Of a stretch of 64,000 nt of DNA, positions 56,597 through 64,000 are shown one piece after another (the first letter of the stretch is position 1; each line of letters opens with the position of its first letter). The DNA is taken from IMG/VR virus record IMGVR_UViG_3300035670_000150, positions 8,588-72,587 of that record, one strand, 5' to 3'. This stretch comes from a virus. The notes beneath the pieces were generated by a model, which saw only the letters and a list, made by a program, of their open reading frames with translations, made no database searches and was not told the DNA's origin. Both the position numbers and the translations under genes were made by a program.

Positions 56597-56632
56597 AAAA
56601 AAAAAAATAGCTCTATTATTTATAGAGCTATT
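56597..56632 (-). terminator. Rho-independent terminator after the Acb4-like gene
   Basis: AATAGCTCTAT-TATTT-ATAGAGCTATT with an A11 tract on the left. Confidence 0.85.
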
Positions 56633-56645
56633 CAGTAAATAATTA

Positions 56646-57080
56646 TTACTTGTTTAAATTTGCCTCATATAATTCCTGACATTTCATATACCCTTCCAAT
56701 GGCCATATCTTATTAACAGCATTTTCTAATGCTATTCTAGTGCCAATAGCTTTTCTACCATTCTCAACACTAACAGAGACAGAAGGTTCACCAGTAACAC
56801 CGAATCCATTAATCATATTGATTACAACTGTTCGTTGTACCTTACCTGTGAGAGTAACGTGAGTAACCATTTCAATGGTATCAATCTTATCCATGATGTG
56901 TTGAGGTAATACCCGTTTAGCATCATCGGTATTATGAGCCTTAATCATGGGTTCATACTCATTGAGGATGTACTCTACTAACTCTTTGGTTAGGTAGTCC
57001 ACTGAGCATGAATGAGCACGTATTGGTGTAGCCTGTGTATCGACTTGCTTAGTTACTTGCTTAGTTACTTGTTCAGTCAT
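56646..57080 (-). CDS. Phage_gp49_66-family (Acb4-like) cyclic nucleotide sponge candidate
   Basis: NGFGVTGE.S.SVS.EN....IG..IA.ENAVNKIWPLEGY family signature; ATG at 57080 with AAGGA RBS. Confidence 0.78.
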   Translation of the reverse strand: MTEQVTKQVTKQVDTQATPIRAHSCSVDYLTKELVEYILNEYEPMIKAHNTDDAKRVLPQHIMDKIDTIEMVTHVTLTGKVQRTVVINMINGFGVTGEPSVSVSVENGRKAIGTRIALENAVNKIWPLEGYMKCQELYEANLNK

Positions 57081-57254
57081 AAATAAATCCTTTCTTTGGT
57101 TACTTACTTTGGTTATGGGAATTTTCTTAAAACGCATAGGAACGATTTTAAGAAGAGTTCTCTACATAGCCTATACGATGGCATAGGGATAATAGAGAAC
57201 TCTCATCTATGGATTGATTTGAGGGCTTCTTGCTATTATTCAGTGCTATTCTAC

Positions 57255-57833
57255 TTACTTATTCTCCATCCTAGCACGTACAAAACAGTCTTTAGCTTCG
57301 AGTAGTTTGCGCAACCCAGCCGATTTTTCAGCACAGTTAGGCAGTGACTCATCCAGCATACTTGCTATTTCAGATAGCGGTTTGCTAACTTCTTTTAGGG
57401 CATCTGGTAGATGGGCGTAAGTGAAATATTTGAGTATGTCACTTTTACTTTGTTGGTGTTTCCCGCTAGGCACAGGCTCATAAGTCTTTTCAAATATATC
57501 AGGCTTGCAAGGGTAGTGTTCACCGTTAACCCCTGTGATAATCCAGTCAGCAGGACAGACTATATGGCCGCCTTCCAAAGTATCAATCCAACCATGCTCA
57601 TGCATAGTTAAGCCACAATGCTTACAGGTGGATTCCCCTGATACTTCAGGGGTTCTAAAGTATCTAACAATATCCCCTTCCCACCCGTTGGCTTTACGCT
57701 CTTCCACAGTGCATACGCGCAGCTTTCCACCCTCAAATCCATCGTGTGACTTACTGTAGTCAAGGGGATGGTCTCCGTTCTTAAACCATTGAGTAGCTTC
57801 AATGATGACGGGCTTTTTCTTAAACTTAGTCAT
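57255..57833 (-). CDS. Two-domain fusion: KKPVxIEA/YPCKPDIF domain plus Acb2/Tad1-like helical hairpin
   Basis: N-terminal KKPVIIEATQW...TLEG...DWII.GV.GE.YPCKPDIFEKTYE; C-terminal YFTYAHLP..L..VSKP...EKSAGLRKLLEAKDCFVRA. Confidence 0.7.
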   Translation of the reverse strand: MTKFKKKPVIIEATQWFKNGDHPLDYSKSHDGFEGGKLRVCTVEERKANGWEGDIVRYFRTPEVSGESTCKHCGLTMHEHGWIDTLEGGHIVCPADWIITGVNGEHYPCKPDIFEKTYEPVPSGKHQQSKSDILKYFTYAHLPDALKEVSKPLSEIASMLDESLPNCAEKSAGLRKLLEAKDCFVRARMENK

Positions 57834-57973
57834 TAAATTTTCCTTACTGTCTAGTTGAGAGATTCAATTTTATTGAATGTACTTTGTCGTTGGTTCAATG
57901 TACCATAAGGGCTCACCCTGCCGAAAAATACATACTAAATATAGGCTTAAGTAAATATTTAATATGGATTCTT

Positions 57974-58009
57974 AAAAAAAGAACCCTTAGAGTCCCTATT
58001 CTCTAAGGG
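57974..58009 (-). terminator. Terminator-like hairpin in the divergent intergenic region
   Basis: CCCTTAGAG-N8-CTCTAAGGG with a left A-tract. Confidence 0.6.
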
Positions 58010-58120
58010 CTAAAACCCACCTTATCATCGGAGTAGTAAAGCAAGATAGGTTGTATTCTACTTTGTTTTAGTTACTATACTCATCCTATAGCAGAAATTT
58101 CAAAAAGAAAAGGTAAGAGT

Positions 58121-58837
58121 ATGTCTAAAGTAGCCAAAAAGATGGTCATTGAAGAGATTGAAGTAAGGAAAGCTATCCCTAGAGAGCTACAGGCTAGGGT
58201 TACTCCTGAGTTTATGGAGAAACTTAATAAGGCTGTAGCTGACCCACATACAGCAGAGATGATGCGGGATAATATCTTTGGTTATTTAAGTGTCCTTTCT
58301 GAGGGTAAATTTAAGTTAGAAGGGTACATTGATGCTGTAAGGTATGTTAGTTATAAGTCCATGGGTGATAGTAATATCAGGGCTTATGTAAAAACCTTCC
58401 CTGAGAAGTATAATAACTTCGTTAATAGTGGTGTAACTGAAAAAGATATTGCCACTTACGTATCTGCTTATAATAAATCCAAGTTAGTAAACTTAATTTA
58501 TGAGCAGTCTTTGGTTCCTGTTTGGTTAATCAATGCGGAGAATTATCAGAAGGCTATTAATGTTCAAGTATCCTTAATGATGGATACCAGTATTAGTCCT
58601 AAAGTTCGTAGTGATGCAGCTAATAGTTTATTAACGCATCTTAAAAGACCTGAAGCAGCTAAAGTTCAACTTAGTGTTGAAGTTAAAGAGTCTGATGCTA
58701 TGCGTGAATTAAGGGAATTAACTTCTCAATTTGCACAGCAACAACATCAAAGTATTCTTGATGGTAATGGTAATGCTAAAGCAGTAGCAGAACAGAAAAT
58801 TATTCAGGCTGAATACGAAGAAATTACCGAGGAATAA
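58121..58837 (+). CDS. N4 gp69-like protein (putative small terminase)
   Basis: VLSEGKFKL..YI.AV.YVSYK.MG and SPKVRSDAANSLLTHLK motifs; upstream of TerL. Confidence 0.82.
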   Translation: MSKVAKKMVIEEIEVRKAIPRELQARVTPEFMEKLNKAVADPHTAEMMRDNIFGYLSVLSEGKFKLEGYIDAVRYVSYKSMGDSNIRAYVKTFPEKYNNFVNSGVTEKDIATYVSAYNKSKLVNLIYEQSLVPVWLINAENYQKAINVQVSLMMDTSISPKVRSDAANSLLTHLKRPEAAKVQLSVEVKESDAMRELRELTSQFAQQQHQSILDGNGNAKAVAEQKIIQAEYEEITEE

Positions 58838-58840
58838 AGA

Positions 58841-60508
58841 ATGCATAACGTTCTTGCTGTTAAAGAGATTCCTGAGGAGGTAATTCCTCAAATAAACACC
58901 CCCTCAGTGGAGGAGGATGATAGTGTTAACAAGTCGTTAGAGAAGTTGCTCAAGGAGGTAGATTACCATTTCTTGAATAACCTCTATGTGCCTAGCGTTA
59001 ATGCCATCAAATTCATTAACTTCATCAAGTTAGTCAATGGTTCTAAGGGGGAAGAGAACAAATCCCCTGTAATTCATATGCACATGATTGACCAAGCCAT
59101 TGCCAACTCTGATAACCTCTTTGTGAGCTTCAGGGGTAGTGCTAAAACCACTGCATTACATGAGTATGTTTACCTTTATATTGCTGTTTATGGTGAGTTT
59201 TTCGATTTTGGTGTAGTGGATGTAGCAATGTACATCTCCGATACCATGGAAAACGGTGTAAAGAACATGAGGAATAACTTGGAGTTCCGTTATAACAACT
59301 CTGAGTTCCTCAGAAAGTACATACCCTATACAAGATTTACTGATTCCCGTTGGGAATTCAAAAATATTGACGGTAAGAGCTTCTGTATCAGGGGCTTTGG
59401 TGCCAATACAGGTGTACGGGGATTCAAAGAGTATGGTAAGCGTCCTACTTTCTGTGGTTTTGACGACTTGATGTCGGATAAAAACGCTGAATCTCCCACC
59501 ATTATCAAAGACATACGTAACATTATCTATAAAGCTGCCCGTCAAGCGATGCATCCGAGGAAACGGAAAATCATTTGGACTGGTACACCTTTCAACAAGA
59601 AAGACCCACTGTATAAAGCAGCAGGTAGTCCATCATGGCACACCTCTGTTTACCCTATCTGTGAGAAATTCCCTTGTTCAAGGGAGGAATTTAGGGGTGC
59701 ATGGGAAGACCGTTTCAATTATGACTTCGTGAAAAACGAGTATGAAACGCTATTGGACAACGGTGAGATAGGGGCATTTAACCAAGAGCTTATGCTCCGT
59801 ATTTCTTCTGAGGAAAACCGTATTGTACAGGATGGTGATATTCGTTGGTTCTCCCGAGCAGCACTTATCCGCAATCTCTCTAACTTCAACGTGTATATCG
59901 TGACAGACTTCGCAGTATCTGAGAAAGAGAGTGCCGACTTTAGTACTATTGGGGTATTTGCCTATAACCATATTGGGCAGTGGTTCTTGATTGATGGGAT
60001 ATGCAAAAGGCAGACCATGGATAAGAATATCAATGACCTATTCCAGCTCTGTCAAATGTACTCGCCCAAGTCAGTTGGGGTAGAAGTGACAGGGCAACAA
60101 GGAGGCTTCATCTCATGGATACAACGTGAGATGGTGGAGAGGAACATCTTTTTTAACTTGGCTTCAGACAGCAATGGTGGTTCTGCGGGTATCCGTTATA
60201 CCTCAAACAAGTTTCATCGGTTCTCCGCTACTGCTGTGCCTTGGTTCAAGTTGGGACTTATCTACCTGCCCGAGGAATACAAAAAAGACCCGTTGGTTAG
60301 GGAAATGGTTGATGAATTGTCTTCGGCCACCACCGAAGGTTTTAAGTCTGAACATGATGACGCCTGCGACTTGATTACCATGCTGACAGTAATGAATGCA
60401 TGGAAGCCTAGTCCTTCTCAAACCCAAAGCTATAACCCTGATATTGGTTGGGTGCTAGGGAATGATGAAGAGGAAACAGGCGGAGGATTAGAGTCTTACT
60501 TAGTGTAA
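58841..60508 (+). CDS. terL: Terminase large subunit (N4 gp68-like)
   Basis: FRGSAKTT Walker A, FDDL Walker B, GTP coupling motif, TDFA and HDD nuclease motifs. Confidence 0.95.
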   Translation: MHNVLAVKEIPEEVIPQINTPSVEEDDSVNKSLEKLLKEVDYHFLNNLYVPSVNAIKFINFIKLVNGSKGEENKSPVIHMHMIDQAIANSDNLFVSFRGSAKTTALHEYVYLYIAVYGEFFDFGVVDVAMYISDTMENGVKNMRNNLEFRYNNSEFLRKYIPYTRFTDSRWEFKNIDGKSFCIRGFGANTGVRGFKEYGKRPTFCGFDDLMSDKNAESPTIIKDIRNIIYKAARQAMHPRKRKIIWTGTPFNKKDPLYKAAGSPSWHTSVYPICEKFPCSREEFRGAWEDRFNYDFVKNEYETLLDNGEIGAFNQELMLRISSEENRIVQDGDIRWFSRAALIRNLSNFNVYIVTDFAVSEKESADFSTIGVFAYNHIGQWFLIDGICKRQTMDKNINDLFQLCQMYSPKSVGVEVTGQQGGFISWIQREMVERNIFFNLASDSNGGSAGIRYTSNKFHRFSATAVPWFKLGLIYLPEEYKKDPLVREMVDELSSATTEGFKSEHDDACDLITMLTVMNAWKPSPSQTQSYNPDIGWVLGNDEEETGGGLESYLV

Positions 60509-60524
60509 ACTCTTAGTGTAAACT
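60499..60524 (+). repeat. 13-bp perfect tandem duplication across the terL stop
   Basis: CTTAGTGTAAACT x2. Confidence 0.9.
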
Positions 60525-60553
60525 AATGGGTAAGTTATTAAGGAGCTTACCCT

Positions 60554-61282
60554 ATGTCTGCCTACAGCCTACGTCAACTTTATGAAGATTTAAACTACGG
60601 GGAGCTAAGCCAAATAAATTTGACTGGCTCCGATTCTGAATGCAGTGCTGGTCAATTAGATGATGTGGCTAAACGCAAAATTATTAGCCACCTCAATTTT
60701 GCATTGATTGCTCTGTACACTAAATTTCCTCTGCGTGAAAAAGAAGTCACGATTCAGTTATACCCTCACATATCTCAGTACTTTTTCGATAGAAAATTTG
60801 CTGTGACTAATGCTGAATCTACTGAGGAATATAAGTATATTGTTGATTCCCCCTTTGCTCCTTTCCAAGAAGACGTACTTCGGATTGAAGATTGTTATGA
60901 TGAAATGGGCTGTAGGATTCCTATCAACAATCTAAACGAATATAACTCTATCTTTACTCCTGATTATACGAGTATCCAAGTGCCTTTTGCTGGTGGGGAT
61001 TTTGCCATATCCTTGATATATCGTGCTGCGCCCAATCGTATTGAGTATGGGATAGATGAGAATGCTAAAGTCATTGGCGTTCCTGTATACCTGTATGAAG
61101 CACTGTTGTATTACATCACCTACAGGGTGCATAAAACAAGAAGTAGTCAGGAAGCACAAGCGGAGTCTCTAAGAGCATTGCAATTATTCGATGCTAAGTG
61201 TGCTGAAGTGGAAACTCGCAATTTATCTCAGAATAGCGTGGACAGCACTAATCTTTTAGTTGATACAAATGGATGGGCATAA
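60554..61282 (+). CDS. N4 gp67-like head-tail structural protein
   Basis: L.YGELS and LN.AL..LY.KFPLREKE motifs; position after TerL. Confidence 0.8.
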   Translation: MSAYSLRQLYEDLNYGELSQINLTGSDSECSAGQLDDVAKRKIISHLNFALIALYTKFPLREKEVTIQLYPHISQYFFDRKFAVTNAESTEEYKYIVDSPFAPFQEDVLRIEDCYDEMGCRIPINNLNEYNSIFTPDYTSIQVPFAGGDFAISLIYRAAPNRIEYGIDENAKVIGVPVYLYEALLYYITYRVHKTRSSQEAQAESLRALQLFDAKCAEVETRNLSQNSVDSTNLLVDTNGWA

Positions 61283-64000
61283 TGAGAACAGTCAAACCTA
61301 AAGGCAAAGCTATTGATATTAATAAGTATATCAACACAGGATACGATAAAGTTGTCCTTGTGGCTGATAATATGGAGATGCTCAAAAAGCTCACCCTTAT
61401 TTTAGATGATAACGGATTCAAAAACGTAGTAGCCCATTTAAACGATATTGTTGTAGTTGCCAATTCGATTACTAACGTGGTTACCGTTTCAGGTATTGCT
61501 GATGACGTGGTAGTGGTTGCTAACAACGTCAGTGATGTTGTGGTGGTATCTCATAACATCGAAGATATTAAGTTAGTTGCTGAGCATATTCAGGCAGTGC
61601 AACGAGTAGCTGATTCAGCAAACAATGTAGATAGGCTGGCCTTGTCTGCTAATGCTTTGGATATTGTAGCTACCTCCGTGGTTTCAGTGGATAAGGTAGC
61701 TGCTTCCATTGATGCAGTAGAGTCCGTGAGTTCTATCCTTAGCTCCGTGGTTCGTGTAAGTGCCAGTGCAGATAACGTCGATATTGTGGCTAACGATATT
61801 GATGCTATTAAGGCTGTGCCTACGTACATGACTGAGATTCGTCAAGCAGTCACCACTACTACAACCAATGCACAAACATCGACTACGAATGCTGCTTCTG
61901 CCTTGGCAAGTAAAGAGGCTGCGAGTGCTAGTGAGATTGCTGCAAATGCTTCTAAGGTAGCGAGTAAAGCTTCTCAAGATGCGGCCAAAATGAGTGAGCT
62001 TGCTGCTTACTCTTCTGAGCTGAGTTCTTTGGCTAATGCCGAAGCTTCTGAAGCGAGCAAGACTGCTGCAAAAGCTGCTGAAACAAATGCTATTGCTAAC
62101 TCCACATCTTCTTATAACTACTCTGAATTAGCCCGTGGTTATGCCAATGCTGCCGAAGTATCCAAAGGCGAAAGTATTCAGGCTGCGGCTGATTCTTCAA
62201 CTTCAGCCAGTGCCAGCTTATCCAGTGCCAATGCCGCCAAGGTAAGTGAGAATGCTGCCAAGGCTTCACAGATTGCTAGTAAGGCAAGTGAGACTGCGGC
62301 CAAAGCAAGCGAAACTGCAAGTAAGGCAAGTGAGGTTGCAGCAAAAACCAGTGAGAATACTGCTATTGCTAAAGCTACGCAAACTGCTGCGGATGCTGTG
62401 AAGACTGGCAATGATGTTGTGCAATCTGCTGCTAATGCTTCATTGGCTGAAGCGGCTAAAAATGAAAGTCAAGCTATTGCTGCTGCCCTTACTGGCGGTA
62501 TTGTGGATAAAGGTGCTTGGGATGCATCCACAGGCGTTTTCCCTGCTAAACCTACCAGACCTTTACCTGAAGGCGGTACTGCTCTTGTATCTGCGTTCTG
62601 GAAGGTTACAGTGGCAGGTACAGCGGGAGGTATTAGCTTCTTGGTAGGAGACGATTTACGTTTCTCTGCTAGCACAGATAGCTTCTACAAGGTGGATAAC
62701 ACCGATGCAGTAGCCAGTGTCCAAGGGAAGACAGGAGCTGTTACCCTGAGTGCAAGTGAGGTAGGGGCATTGGCTGCTCCTACAGGCACCTTTGCCATTA
62801 ACAAGGTGATAGTGGCAGGCAGTGCTGCGGGGACTTCTCAATATAGTCCATACACCATTGATAAGAGTGTGCCTTCCAATGCGGTCTTTACTGATACGGT
62901 GTATACCCACCCAACGACAGATGGAAACTTGCACGTTCCAGCTACAGGCACAACCAGTAATGGTAAAGCTTTGGTTGCAGGAGCTACTGCGGGAAGTGCT
63001 GCATGGAGAGCATTGGTTACTTCTGACATTGGCGGCTTGGCTGCTGCATTAGATGCAAAACTAGATGCCACGGCTAATGCTGTTTCTGCTACTAAATTGC
63101 AGAATACCGTAACCATTAATGGAGTGGCTTTCGATGGTAGTGCAAATATCACTGTTACTGCTGCAAGTCCTTTCACTCTTACCCGAGGAACAGGTTTAAC
63201 AGGGGCTAACTATAACGGAGCTGCTGCAACCACTTGGGCAGTGGCCTACGGTACTGCTGCTGGAACTGCGTGTCAGGGTAATGATGCAAGGCTAAGTGAT
63301 GCCCGTACTCCTCTGGCTCATGCCCATACCATAGCAGATACTACGGGATTGCAGTCAGCTTTAGATGCTAAGTATAGTGCCACCAACAAACCAACCCCTG
63401 CGGATATTGGGGCACAACCAGCGGGCAGTTACTCACCCGAGTCCCATATCCACAGTACTGCTACTACTGGTGCTAACGGTTTCATGAGTAGTGCAGATAA
63501 AACCAAGTTAGATAATATTGCAGCCAATGCTAACAACTACTCTCTACCTGCTGCTACTTCTGCGGTAAGGGGGGGTATTGAGATTTTCTCAGATACCGTA
63601 CAGACAGTGGCTGCTAACGCTGTTAGTGCTACTGCGGGTAAAACGTATGGGGTGCAAGTGAATGCTGCTGGACAGGCAGTAGTCAACGTGCCTTGGTCAG
63701 ACACAAATACTGTCTACACCCACCCTGCATCAGGGGTAACTGTGGGCACTTACTCCGTGGTTACAGTAGATGCTAACGGGCATGTTACAAACGGCAGTAA
63801 TCCCACTACACTGGCAGGTTACGGTATTACAGATGCTGCTCCGTCTTCTCACGTTGGAAGTACAGGAGCTGCTCATGGTGTAGCAACAACTGCGGTCAAC
63901 GGTTTTATGTCTGCTGCGGATAAAACTAAACTAGATAGTGTTGCTTCAGGGGCTAATAATTACACCTTACCTACTGCAACTTCGAGTGCTATTGGTGGGG
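61282..64000 (+). CDS. Long tail fibre protein, 3'-truncated (absent from the ORF track)
   Basis: TAATG coupling to gp67; no stop in the stretches I translated: MRTVKPKG..INKYINTGYDKVVLVADN, 10-aa VxxVA repeats, Ala/Ser coiled coil, KGAWDAS domain, GFMSxADKTKLD and PTTLAGYGITDA fibre repeats. Confidence 0.88.
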   Translation, partial: MRTVKPKGKAIDINKYINTGYDKVVLVADNMEMLKKLTLILDDNGFKNVVAHLNDIVVVANSITNVVTVSGIADDVVVVANNVSDVVVVSHNIEDIKLVAEHIQAVQRVADSANNVDRLALSANALDIVATSVVSVDKVAASIDAVESVSSILSSVVRVSASADNVDIVANDIDAIKAVPTYMTEIRQAVTTTTTNAQTSTTNAASALASKEAASASEIAANASKVASKASQDAAKMSELAAYSSELSSLANAEASEASKTAAKAAETNAIANSTSSYNYSELARGYANAAEVSKGESIQAAADSSTSASASLSSANAAKVSENAAKASQIASKASETAAKASETASKASEVAAKTSENTAIAKATQTAADAVKTGNDVVQSAANASLAEAAKNESQAIAAALTGGIVDKGAWDASTGVFPAKPTRPLPEGGTALVSAFWKVTVAGTAGGISFLVGDDLRFSASTDSFYKVDNTDAVASVQGKTGAVTLSASEVGALAAPTGTFAINKVIVAGSAAGTSQYSPYTIDKSVPSNAVFTDTVYTHPTTDGNLHVPATGTTSNGKALVAGATAGSAAWRALVTSDIGGLAAALDAKLDATANAVSATKLQNTVTINGVAFDGSANITVTAASPFTLTRGTGLTGANYNGAAATTWAVAYGTAAGTACQGNDARLSDARTPLAHAHTIADTTGLQSALDAKYSATNKPTPADIGAQPAGSYSPESHIHSTATTGANGFMSSADKTKLDNIAANANNYSLPAATSAVRGGIEIFSDTVQTVAANAVSATAGKTYGVQVNAAGQAVVNVPWSDTNTVYTHPASGVTVGTYSVVTVDANGHVTNGSNPTTLAGYGITDAAPSSHVGSTGAAHGVATTAVNGFMSAADKTKLDSVASGANNYTLPTATSSAIGG

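Larger units (their letters stand above)
1..64000. mobile_element. N4-like lytic podophage genome (Schitoviridae), partial and permuted
   Basis: Giant virion RNAP, split two-subunit T7-like RNAPII, and N4-type MCP, portal, terminase and DNA polymerase in N4-like synteny; no integrase seen. Confidence 0.97.

Noticed and set aside
57043-57070. 12-bp tandem repeat (ACTTGCTTAGTT)
   Set aside because: In-frame QVTK duplication in a probably disordered N-terminus; not an array
57880-57925. GTTGGTTCAA resembling a tRNA T-loop
   Set aside because: No complementary T-stem, acceptor stem or D-arm could be built
58051-58081. TTGTAT-N16-TACTAT sigma70-like late promoter before gp69
   Set aside because: Plausible position, but the match is too weak in AT-rich DNA to call

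Overview
This window is most of an N4-like (Schitoviridae) podophage genome, reverse-oriented and circularly permuted relative to the usual N4 map. Late/structural genes lie on the + strand: tail protein, portal, major capsid, N4 gp55-51-like proteins and a 3434-aa virion RNA polymerase (1-23503), then a gp69-like protein, large terminase, gp67-like protein and a tail fibre running off the end (58121-64000). Early/middle genes lie on the - strand (56406 to 23500): gp1/gp2-like, two-subunit RNAPII, an accessory block (compact kinase-like protein, DUF4326, NinH-like, dUTPase, macrodomain), HNH, rIIA/rIIB, a ClpX-like ATPase, a MoxR AAA/vWA-peptidase pair, helicase, family A DNA polymerase, nuclease, primase, AAA ATPase, SSB and a RusA-like resolvase. 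Three ACC-N7-AGCGAAGCG motifs are candidate vRNAP promoters, and the physical genome end is probably near 56.5 kb. The most interesting region is a two-gene - strand unit at 56646-57833: an Acb4-like nucleotide sponge next to a two-domain fusion with an Acb2/Tad1-like hairpin, a candidate multi-signal anti-defence cassette. No lysis cassette, tRNA, integrase or CRISPR array was recognised. All family assignments come from motif recognition and synteny by eye, not from database searches.
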